Of a DNA stretch of 64,000 nt, positions 30,491-38,483 are shown in pieces; the first letter of the stretch is position 1, and the number at the start of each line of letters is the position of its first letter. The notes below the pieces were generated by a model. It searched no databases. It was not told where the DNA came from and worked only from the letters and a program-made list of their open reading frames with translations. The stretch is from Bacteroidia bacterium (lineage in GTDB: Bacteria; Bacteroidota; Bacteroidia; JABEUT01). A program made the translations under genes and the position numbers. The DNA is taken from NCBI GenBank assembly GCA_035486275.1, contig DATHNG010000144.1:1617-65616 (forward strand), given 5' to 3'.

Positions 30491-31801
30491 TTGAAGACTA
30501 AGACAATAAAGAAGAACAGAGTAAATGTAGTTACCTTGGGTTGTTCGAAAAACCTCGTTGATTCAGAGGTGCTTATGGCACAATTGAGAGCGAACAACTA
30601 TGAGGTGAAACATGAGGAAGGCGATGCACCTATTGTAGTAATAAATACATGCGGATTTATTGATAATGCCAAGCAGGAAAGTATCGATACCATTTTACGC
30701 TATGTTGAAGCCAAGCAAAATGGCGAAATTGATAAAGTATATGTTACGGGTTGTTTGAGCCAGCGTTACAAACCCGAACTGGAAAGAGAAATACCGCAGG
30801 TAGATGGCTATTTTGGTACACGTGATATGCCACGTTTGCTCAAAACATTGAAGGCAGACTATAAGCACGAATTGGTTGGAGAACGTTTACTTACTACGCC
30901 AAATCATTATGCGTATGTAAAAATATCAGAAGGGTGCGACCGTAAATGTTCTTTCTGTGCGATTCCGTTAATGCGTGGCGGGCACATATCAGTGCCGATG
31001 GATAAACTGGTAACGCAGGCACAAGGCCTTGTTAAACAAGGTGTAAAAGAAATTATGCTTATTGCGCAGGACCTTACCTATTACGGACTTGATATGTATG
31101 GCAAGCGCAATGTTGCCGAGTTGATACATAAACTGGCGGATGTTGAAGGACTCGACTGGATACGTTTGCATTATGCATTCCCGAGTGGTTTCCCTATGGA
31201 TATTATTGATGCCATAAAGGAGCACCCGAATGTGTGTAATTACCTCGATATGCCGCTGCAGCATGTTTCAGACAATGTGCTTAAAGCCATGCGTAGGGGA
31301 ATTACCAAAGAAAAATCGACACGACTGGTAGAAACCATACGAGAAAAAGTGCCTGGTATTGCCATGCGTACCACATTTTTAGTCGGCTACCCTGGCGAAA
31401 CGGAGAAAGATTTTGAACAGCTTGTTAGCTGGATACAGGAAATGAAATTCGACAGGCTGGGTGTGTTTACCTATTCACACGAAGAAGATACACATGCACA
31501 TAAAGCTATAGATGATGTTCCGGCTGAGGTAAAGAAAATGCGTGCCAAAATTTTAATGGATGCGCAGCGTGAAATTTCGCAGGAGCTGAATAAAAAGAAA
31601 GTGGGTAAAACCCTGAAAGTATTATTTGACCGCAAAGAAGGAGAATATTTTGTAGGCCGTACCGAATATGATTCACCGGAAGTAGATAACGAAGTGCATG
31701 TAAAGGCGGATAACAATACATACGTGCGTGTGGGCGATTTTGCAAACATAAAAATAACTTCTGCTGAAGAGTACGACCTGTTCGGCAAACCTGTTAAATA
31801 G
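30491..31801 (+). CDS. rimO: Ribosomal protein S12 methylthiotransferase
   Basis: 436 aa. LGCSKN UPF0004 N-domain, CDRKCSFCAIP radical-SAM cluster, TRAM-like C-terminus. TTG start in the track. Confidence 0.88.
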   Translation: MKTKTIKKNRVNVVTLGCSKNLVDSEVLMAQLRANNYEVKHEEGDAPIVVINTCGFIDNAKQESIDTILRYVEAKQNGEIDKVYVTGCLSQRYKPELEREIPQVDGYFGTRDMPRLLKTLKADYKHELVGERLLTTPNHYAYVKISEGCDRKCSFCAIPLMRGGHISVPMDKLVTQAQGLVKQGVKEIMLIAQDLTYYGLDMYGKRNVAELIHKLADVEGLDWIRLHYAFPSGFPMDIIDAIKEHPNVCNYLDMPLQHVSDNVLKAMRRGITKEKSTRLVETIREKVPGIAMRTTFLVGYPGETEKDFEQLVSWIQEMKFDRLGVFTYSHEEDTHAHKAIDDVPAEVKKMRAKILMDAQREISQELNKKKVGKTLKVLFDRKEGEYFVGRTEYDSPEVDNEVHVKADNNTYVRVGDFANIKITSAEEYDLFGKPVK

Positions 31802-31806
31802 TAAAT

Positions 31807-33396
31807 ATGAACTTTAAGAAAACGTCTATCTCTTTCGAAGAAACAGGTTTCTCAGAAGTATTTACCGATTACATAAAAGGCGAAAATTATCTTGCCCCAT
31901 TCTATACCTACCAGCCTTCGTTAGCCGGATTTAAAAAAGCAATTGAAGACAGAAGCAATATAACTTGCGAACGAAATGTTTTGGTAAAAGCATTAAAAGG
32001 AAGGTATAAAAGTGCATCAGATGCTACCCAAAAGAACCTTACACTGCTTGACGATAAAAAAACATTTACCGTTACAACCGGTCACCAGTTATGCCTTTTC
32101 ACAGGTCCACTGTATTTTATTTACAAAATAGTTACGGTTATAAACTTAGCAGAAGCATTAAAGAAAGAATATCCGCAATACAATTTTGTACCGGTGTATT
32201 GGATGGCCGGTGAGGACCACGATTTTGCAGAAATAAACCACACATACCTCTATGGTAAAAAAGTAGAGTGGAGCGCTGATAGCCTTTCCGGAGGGCCTGT
32301 TGGAAGGATATCGATCGAGACACTGGCACCCGTTTTGGAGGGACTTTTTTCGATAATGGGCGAGAACGAAAAAGCAACTGAACTAAAAAAAATAGTAGCT
32401 GAAGCATATAGTGGAAAGAAGAACTTAGGCGATGCAACATTTGATTTTGTAAACGCGCTTTTCGGAAAGTATGGTTTGGTAATAGCTGACCCCGATAATG
32501 CTGAACTAAAGAAACTATTTGTACCGGTAATAACCGATGAACTTATTAACCAGGGCTCATTTAAAGCAGTAACGGCAACCGATAAAGAACTTGCAGCGTT
32601 TGGTATTGAACCGCAAATTCATGCCAGGGAGATAAACCTTTTTTATGTAAATGAGAAGGGGCGTAACCGCATTGAAAAGCAAGGAGAGAATTACCATGTT
32701 GTAAATGCAGGATTGAATTTTACAAAAGAACAGATACTTGCGGAAGTGCAGCAGCATCCTGAACGCTTCAGCCCGAATGTAGTGCTGCGCCCTGTGTACC
32801 AGCAAATCATTTTGCCAAACATTGCATACATAGGCGGCCCGGCTGAAGTAGCGTACTGGTTGCAATTAAAAGCAAGTTTCGATTATCATAAAGCGCAATT
32901 TCCTGTGCTTATGTCACGCAACTTTGCTGTGATAATTGATAAAGGCACTGCAGGCAAAATGGAAAAATTGAAACTGAACGCGAAGAATATTTTTGGTGAT
33001 ACTGAAGAATTGGTAAAAGGATTTGTGACGAATAATAATGAGGTTGAGTTTGAGGCTGAGCGGGAACAATTGAAACAGGTGTATGATGGAATTTCTCAGA
33101 AAATAAAAACCATTGACCCTACGCTTGTTGCAACTGCCGATGCCGAATTGCAAAAACAATACAACGCCTTAAAGGTTATTGAAACCAAACTTGTTCGTGT
33201 ACAAAAACAGAAGGATGAAACCTCTGTTAACCAGATAAGGAAGATCAAGGAAAAACTTTTCCCTGATGGTAATTTGCAGGAGCGACATGATAGTTTTATT
33301 CCGTTTTACCTGCAATATGGTGCTGAGTTTATAGACTTGCTCAGAAAGGAATTTAACCCTTTTGAGTATAAAATGGCTGTTATAACCGAGGAATAA
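31807..33396 (+). CDS. bshC: Bacillithiol biosynthesis cysteine-adding enzyme
   Basis: 529 aa. Size, N-terminal pattern (...FTDYIKGENYLAPFYTY) and the coiled-coil C-terminus match BshC as I recall it. Adjacency to rimO is common in Bacteroidota. Confidence 0.65.
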   Translation: MNFKKTSISFEETGFSEVFTDYIKGENYLAPFYTYQPSLAGFKKAIEDRSNITCERNVLVKALKGRYKSASDATQKNLTLLDDKKTFTVTTGHQLCLFTGPLYFIYKIVTVINLAEALKKEYPQYNFVPVYWMAGEDHDFAEINHTYLYGKKVEWSADSLSGGPVGRISIETLAPVLEGLFSIMGENEKATELKKIVAEAYSGKKNLGDATFDFVNALFGKYGLVIADPDNAELKKLFVPVITDELINQGSFKAVTATDKELAAFGIEPQIHAREINLFYVNEKGRNRIEKQGENYHVVNAGLNFTKEQILAEVQQHPERFSPNVVLRPVYQQIILPNIAYIGGPAEVAYWLQLKASFDYHKAQFPVLMSRNFAVIIDKGTAGKMEKLKLNAKNIFGDTEELVKGFVTNNNEVEFEAEREQLKQVYDGISQKIKTIDPTLVATADAELQKQYNALKVIETKLVRVQKQKDETSVNQIRKIKEKLFPDGNLQERHDSFIPFYLQYGAEFIDLLRKEFNPFEYKMAVITEE

Positions 33397-33463
33397 GCCT
33401 CTTTCTGTCGCAAACCGTAACTTTATTAGGCTAAACTGCGTTTTATGAGGTATTAAAACCTCC

Positions 33464-34855
33464 ATGAGAAAAAGTACATTCCTTTATTGTATTCTTTTTC
33501 TTTCTCCATTAATCTTATGGTCGCAGGTTGAATATGTACTGCCGGTTGGTTCAGCAAAAAGCGGTGCTATAACCGCCACGGCAAACGACTGGGAAGCAAT
33601 TGGTGTAAACCCCGCTAATATGGGGTGGGAGAGTACCGACCTGGTTTCATTTTCATTTCTTAACCTGGGTGTGGGCATACAATCTGCAGGCTTGAGTATG
33701 AAGGGTGTAAATACTATGATGCACAGTGGCGATACTAATCAGCCTAATACGGCCAAACAAATATTAAATGTAAACCACGGGATAAACCTGTTTGCTGATG
33801 TTAACTGGCTTGCTTTTTCATTAAAGGTAAATAAGATAGGAACCTTTGCCATAAGTGTGAATGATAAGCTGGTCAGTAATTTCAGTATCAGCCCAAGTGG
33901 CGCTACACTCATTACACAAAAGGGGCATATAAGCGACTCAACAGCTTTACGGAAATTAATTGGTACATCATTATCACTATATCAATACAGGGAGTTTAAT
34001 TTAGATTTTGGCAGGCAGCTTTTTGAGATTGGCGGCTCAGGCAAAGCCAATGATGATTATTATGTGAACTATAATGTACGTTATTTAAATTACCTGGGGC
34101 AAGGCAATGATACCGTGCAGAAAGCCGATAGCAATGCTTTTAAAGTATATGGTGGTATTGGCCTTAAATACATTTGGGGTGAAACCTATTTCAATGGCAA
34201 TGTAGATAATGAAGGTATAAATGCCGATTATGCATTGCAGCAAAATTTTCCCGCATTTACACCTTTGTCAGCAACAAACCCGGGCCGTGGCCTGGCAGCT
34301 GACCTGGGGCTGAGCGCTACATACAAAAAATGGACATTCGGGGTTTCAGCAACCGATATAGGTGCCATTACATGGCACCAAAGCTCATTTACTATTTCCG
34401 ACACAGCCATATTTGGCTTGAACAATATTGGTAAAGCCATAGATAAACTGGATAGCAATAAGGTAATTGATTTTAAGAAGAATAGCGATGTAACTATGAT
34501 GCTACCAACCAAGTTACGCGTTGGCGCAGCATATCAAATTTCGAAACGGGTAGCGCTGTCATCCGATATTATTTTTCCGCTCAACAATGCTATTGGAAAT
34601 TTAGCCGGACCTTATTTTGCATTGGGTACACAACTAGGTGTATGGAAAGTTCTGATATTTAATATTGGTATTGCCACTACTACCTATTACGGAACTTCTG
34701 TTCCACTGGGTGTTTCACTTTGCGCAGGCCATACGGTGCAAATGTATTTTGGTACTACCGATGTACTTACACTTTTGGGTAAGCCTACTAATGGCAATGT
34801 ATCTGCAGCGTTTGGCCTTATAAGGATAAACATCAGGGGAAAGAAGAGTTCTTAA
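33464..34855 (+). CDS. Putative outer-membrane beta-barrel (PorV/FadL/DUF5723-like)
   Basis: 463 aa with a signal peptide. GSAKSGAITATANDWEAIGVNPANMG resembles the N-terminal motif of this barrel superfamily. Alternating-strand composition. Confidence 0.4.
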   Translation: MRKSTFLYCILFLSPLILWSQVEYVLPVGSAKSGAITATANDWEAIGVNPANMGWESTDLVSFSFLNLGVGIQSAGLSMKGVNTMMHSGDTNQPNTAKQILNVNHGINLFADVNWLAFSLKVNKIGTFAISVNDKLVSNFSISPSGATLITQKGHISDSTALRKLIGTSLSLYQYREFNLDFGRQLFEIGGSGKANDDYYVNYNVRYLNYLGQGNDTVQKADSNAFKVYGGIGLKYIWGETYFNGNVDNEGINADYALQQNFPAFTPLSATNPGRGLAADLGLSATYKKWTFGVSATDIGAITWHQSSFTISDTAIFGLNNIGKAIDKLDSNKVIDFKKNSDVTMMLPTKLRVGAAYQISKRVALSSDIIFPLNNAIGNLAGPYFALGTQLGVWKVLIFNIGIATTTYYGTSVPLGVSLCAGHTVQMYFGTTDVLTLLGKPTNGNVSAAFGLIRINIRGKKSS

Positions 34856-34875
34856 AATTGAATTTTATTTATCAG

Positions 34876-34883
34876 TACATTTG
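34876..34883 (+). promoter_or_regulatory. Candidate -7 promoter box (TACATTTG) for the R-M operon
   Basis: TAnnTTTG match 42 nt upstream of ATG 34925. Confidence 0.3.
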
Positions 34884-34924
34884 TAGAGTAATGAATTAAT
34901 CTAACCCTAATCGATTAAACGTAA

Positions 34925-36511
34925 ATGATAAAGAGTAAATTCTTATATCCTTTAGCTAATGAGCTACCGAGTCATTTTGCTGATAGGTTAGGAATTCATT
35001 ATACTTCATTAGTAAAAAAAGGGCATAAAAAAGAGAAAGGACAATTCTTTACACCGATAGAGATTTCTAGACTAATGGGCTCTTTTGCTAGCTCCACAAA
35101 TTCTTCCCTACGAATTCTTGACCCAGGCTGTGGAACAGTTATTTTGTCTTGTGCTTTAATCGAGAACCTTGTTACTAGTAGTAATTTGGAATCAATAGAG
35201 TTGGTTGCCTATGAAACGGATAATGACTTAGTTCCTTTTTCAAAGCAATCGCTGGAATATTTAAGAGAATGGTTGTTTTCAAAAAAAATTAATTTCCGGT
35301 ATTTACTAAATACGGATGATTTTATTTTAGAAAATGCTACTTGCCTTTCCCAAAATCAAAGTATATTTTCAGACAATCTTGAGCTATTTGATATAATTAT
35401 TTCTAATCCTCCATATTTTAAATTACCAATTGAGGATAAACGTGCAATTGCGGCGAAGGCAGTTGTTAATGGCCACCCTAATATTTATGCCATCTTTATG
35501 GCTATTTCAGCAAAACTACTTAAAGAAGATGGGGAGCTAATATTTATTACTCCCAGAAGCTATGCTTCAGGAAGTTATTTCAAACTTTTTCGTGAATATT
35601 TTTTTAAAATTATTGAGATTGATAACGTGCATTTATTTGTTTCTCGTAAAGAAACATTCACGAGGGATAAGGTATTACAGGAAACAGTAATCATTAAGGG
35701 TAAGCGTAAGAGAAGAAATAACCCCGAGCATAAGGTTGCAGTTTCTTCATCTCAAGGTTTGAGTGATATCCTTACACCAGAAGTCAAAATATTTGAGCAA
35801 AAGATACTGGTTGATGTGGCTTCCAATGAAAGAATTCTTTATTTACCTACCAATGATTTTGAAGAATCGATCATAAATATTTTCAAGAACTGGAATAGTA
35901 ATTTGAATAAATGTAATATTCAAATATCAACTGGACCAGTTGTGGCATTCAGGAGCAAAGAATATATTCAAGAAAATTATCAAAACGGTACTATTTTCCT
36001 TGCCCCATTGTTCTGGTTACATAACGTAAAACAAATGGCACTTGAATGGCCCGTGACAAAACCTAACAAAGGACAATATGTAAGAATTGAAAATGATTCA
36101 AAGGCAATATTGATTCCCAATAAGAATTATATATTATTAAGACGATTCAGTAGTAAGGATGATAAGAGTCGCTTGGTTGCCGCGCCTTATTTCTCTAGTT
36201 TCATTAAATCAGAATACATTGGTGTAGAGAATAAGGTGAATTATATTTATCGTCCTAAAGGGCATTTGGATAGGAATGAGGTTGTTGGACTATGTGCGCT
36301 TTTGAACAGTACTCTATTTGATTCTTTTTTTAGGATTTTTAATGGGAATGTCAATGTTAGTGCAACGGAACTAAGAGAAATACCTTTACCGCCATTAGAA
36401 ATAATAAAAGAAATAGGCGATATAGTAATTATTTCAAATGATTTTTCAGTTGAAAATGTAAATAAAATAGTAATTGAACAATTTGAACTTTCAACAAGCC
36501 TGTATGAGTAA
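34925..36511 (+). CDS. Type II N6-adenine DNA methyltransferase (gamma class, Eco57I/PstI-M-like)
   Basis: 528 aa. FFTPIEISRLM, then ILDPGCGTVIL (AdoMet motif I), then IISNPPYFK (motif IV, NPPY). The C-terminal half is target-recognition-like. Confidence 0.85.
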   Translation: MIKSKFLYPLANELPSHFADRLGIHYTSLVKKGHKKEKGQFFTPIEISRLMGSFASSTNSSLRILDPGCGTVILSCALIENLVTSSNLESIELVAYETDNDLVPFSKQSLEYLREWLFSKKINFRYLLNTDDFILENATCLSQNQSIFSDNLELFDIIISNPPYFKLPIEDKRAIAAKAVVNGHPNIYAIFMAISAKLLKEDGELIFITPRSYASGSYFKLFREYFFKIIEIDNVHLFVSRKETFTRDKVLQETVIIKGKRKRRNNPEHKVAVSSSQGLSDILTPEVKIFEQKILVDVASNERILYLPTNDFEESIINIFKNWNSNLNKCNIQISTGPVVAFRSKEYIQENYQNGTIFLAPLFWLHNVKQMALEWPVTKPNKGQYVRIENDSKAILIPNKNYILLRRFSSKDDKSRLVAAPYFSSFIKSEYIGVENKVNYIYRPKGHLDRNEVVGLCALLNSTLFDSFFRIFNGNVNVSATELREIPLPPLEIIKEIGDIVIISNDFSVENVNKIVIEQFELSTSLYE

Positions 36512-37439
36512 ACTAGATGAAGCAAAGAAGATACTAAAAGAGTTAGGTTTGCCTGCAGCCCAACAGAATGAAATTTCAGCATACACTCTACTTGCGTTAT
36601 GCCGTATTAAGCCAAGTGATAAGTGGAGTAAGGCAACAAAGGTAAGTCAAAAGGTTACAAAGGGTATTATGGCTTTTGTAAGTGATGTTTATGAAAAGGA
36701 GTATGCGCCAAATACTCGTGAAACTTTTCGCAGGCAAGTATTGCATCAATTTGTTCAAGCCAGAATTGCCGATTATAATCCTGATAATCCGCAGTTGCCT
36801 GTAAATAGTCCGAATGCTCACTATGCATTAACACAAAGTGCACTTGATGTAGTCAAGACTTTTGGAACAAAAAATTGGGGAAAAGCGGTTGGTAAATTTA
36901 TAGCGGATGAAGGATCTCTATCGAAGAAATATAAAAAGGAACGAAAACAGATTTTAATTCCAGTTAAACTTAGTAATGGTAAGGTCTTAAAACTTTCCGC
37001 TGGGAAACACAATGAAGTTCAGGCAGCAATTGTTCATGATTTTGCTGCTCGTTTTACAAATGGAGGTTCTGTAATATATTTAGGCGATACTGCTAAAAAG
37101 GATTTGCACGTTGACCATAAGGTATTGAAAGAATTAGGAATTCCAGTTAATCAACATAGTAAATTGCCAGATGTTATTATTTATGATAAGAGTAAAAACT
37201 GGCTGTTTTTAATTGAAGCCGTTACATCACATGGCCCTGTCTCACCCAAACGAATTGTAGAGCTCGAGGAGTTTTTGAAAGATTGTAAGGCAGGAAAAAT
37301 ATATGTTACGGCCTTTCCTGATTTTGCGGAATTCAGGAAGCATTCAAGCAAAATAGCATGGGAAACAGAGGTATGGCTAGCAGATACTCCTGAGCATATG
37401 ATTCATTTTAATGGAGATAGATTCATGGGTCCTCGATAG
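36504..37439 (+). CDS. BsuBI/PstI-family type II restriction endonuclease
   Basis: 311 aa from ATG 36504 (MSKLDEAKKILKELGLPAAQQNEISAYTLLAL...RETFRRQVLHQF...LPDVIIYDKSKNWLFLIEAVTSHGPV). This matches my recollection of the BsuBI/PstI RE HTH and catalytic domains. An 8-nt ATGAGTAA overlap joins it to the methyltransferase stop. Confidence 0.7.
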   Translation: MSKLDEAKKILKELGLPAAQQNEISAYTLLALCRIKPSDKWSKATKVSQKVTKGIMAFVSDVYEKEYAPNTRETFRRQVLHQFVQARIADYNPDNPQLPVNSPNAHYALTQSALDVVKTFGTKNWGKAVGKFIADEGSLSKKYKKERKQILIPVKLSNGKVLKLSAGKHNEVQAAIVHDFAARFTNGGSVIYLGDTAKKDLHVDHKVLKELGIPVNQHSKLPDVIIYDKSKNWLFLIEAVTSHGPVSPKRIVELEEFLKDCKAGKIYVTAFPDFAEFRKHSSKIAWETEVWLADTPEHMIHFNGDRFMGPR

Positions 37440-37679
37440 TTAAACTATATAGTGTTAGGGTGGTAGTTAAAAATTATATCATGTTTCCAAAGAATTAGAA
37501 TGGCTATCCCTGTCATTCTGACACGAAAGGAAATTAGCAATCATTTTTATATATAAATAATTGATATTCAATTATTAAAGTGTATGGCCTGCTATAAAAT
37601 TTAGCAAAACATTCTATTGTTATTTATTGTTATTATCAATGAACAGTCATTAGTCGATAGTCGTTAGTTGGCAGTAAAA

Positions 37680-37732
37680 CTTTGTGGCCTTTGTGGGCTG
37701 TTTCTTTGTGCGCTTTGTGGTTTCGCCCCTCC
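37680..37732. repeat. Four CTTTGTG(G) heptad-like repeats followed by GCCCCTCC
   Basis: ctttgtgg cctttgtggg ... tctttgtg cgctttgtgg tttc gcccctcc. This is the reverse-complement family of the repeats at 10612-10652. Confidence 0.6.
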
Positions 37733-37772
37733 AACATTATTCACTCATTACATTTTATTCAACGGAGTTCAT

Positions 37773-37839
37773 GAGCCCTTCGGGGTTCCCAAAGCGGGGA
37801 GGCTAAATACATAGGTACTGTAACGCTTTCCCCGCTTGG
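37773..37839 (+). other. Two adjacent stem-loops (UUCG-tetraloop hairpin plus 9-11 bp stem with 28-nt loop); candidate structured RNA or repeat element
   Basis: gagccc-ttcg-gggttc (37773-37788), immediately followed by ccaaagcgggga ... tccccgcttgg (37789-37839). Confidence 0.3.
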
Positions 37840-37921
37840 GGAAAGTAGGGAATGGGGTGGTGAATTTTCAGGTTGTTGAAAAACACATCACTATTTCGGA
37901 ATAAAAAGGTAGCCCTGCTTT

Positions 37922-37929
37922 TAACTTTG
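37922..37929 (+). promoter_or_regulatory. Candidate -7 promoter box (TAACTTTG)
   Basis: TAnnTTTG match about 20 nt upstream of the tandem palindromes and 113 nt upstream of ATG 38042. Confidence 0.3.
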
Positions 37930-37946
37930 TATTATTAAACCCACTC

Positions 37947-38031
37947 GATAAAGCAGAATCGTACTGATTCGCTTTATGACAAGAACAAATCAATAAAGCA
38001 GAATCATTATTGATTCGCTTTATGATAAGAA
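37947..38031 (+). repeat. Two tandem copies (45-bp period) of an imperfect palindrome: ATAAAGCAGAATC-N5/6-GATTCGCTTTAT-GA(C/T)AAGAA
   Basis: Copy 1 is at 37948-37977 and copy 2 at 37993-38023. Arm sequences are identical in both copies, each with a one-base bulge, and only the loops differ (gtact vs attatt). Confidence 0.8.
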
Positions 38032-38041
38032 ATACAATACA

Positions 38042-38377
38042 ATGCCATTTACAAAAGGAGAATCAGGCAACCCTGAGGGCAGGCCTGTAGGTTCGCAGAA
38101 CAAACGAAAAAAGCAATTGCGGGAAATGATAGAGAATTTCCTGGTCAATAATTTTGAAGCCGTAGTTGAAGAAATAAATACCATGCCCAGTAAGGACAAA
38201 ATAAAATTCTATGTTGAGATGTTACCCTATGGCCTTGGTAAAGTACGTGCCGAGAGCAGCGATGTCAATCTTGATCGCCTGACCGACCAGGAGATAGATG
38301 AGATATTTGAGAAGCTCAAGGAGGTTGCTACTCAGACCATTGAGGAAACTACGAGGAGTTATATAAGGGCGGGGTGA
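38042..38377 (+). CDS. Orphan small protein with phage-like N-terminal GNPxGRP motif (DUF5681-like)
   Basis: 111 aa. MPFTKGESGNPEGRPVGSQNKRKK resembles the N-terminal motif of DUF5681 / small phage proteins as I recall it. Acidic helical C-terminus. It is the only plausible ORF in a 1.5-kb tract. Confidence 0.45.
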   Translation: MPFTKGESGNPEGRPVGSQNKRKKQLREMIENFLVNNFEAVVEEINTMPSKDKIKFYVEMLPYGLGKVRAESSDVNLDRLTDQEIDEIFEKLKEVATQTIEETTRSYIRAG

Positions 38378-38450
38378 ACATCTAATTATGAATTTTGAGT
38401 TATGAATTATGAATGAAGGGAATAAAGATGCTTTATGCAGAAAGTAACGT

Positions 38451-38483
38451 CCTCCCTTTTAGGGGAGGAAATGAGGTGGGGCG
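38451..38483 (+). repeat. Hairpin (cctccc-ttttag-gggagg) fused to the G-tract motif GGGGAGGAAATGAGGTGGGGCGG
   Basis: Related G-tract motifs occur at 10671-10690 (gggggaggatttaggtgggg) and 37838-37860 (ggggaaagtagggaatggggtgg). Confidence 0.55.

Noticed and set aside
34925-37439. CTGCAG avoidance as evidence for long-term residence of the PstI-like R-M
   Set aside because: At least ten CTGCAG sites were seen by eye in 64 kb, close to the rough composition-based expectation of about nine. There is no avoidance signal, so it cannot support or date the system.
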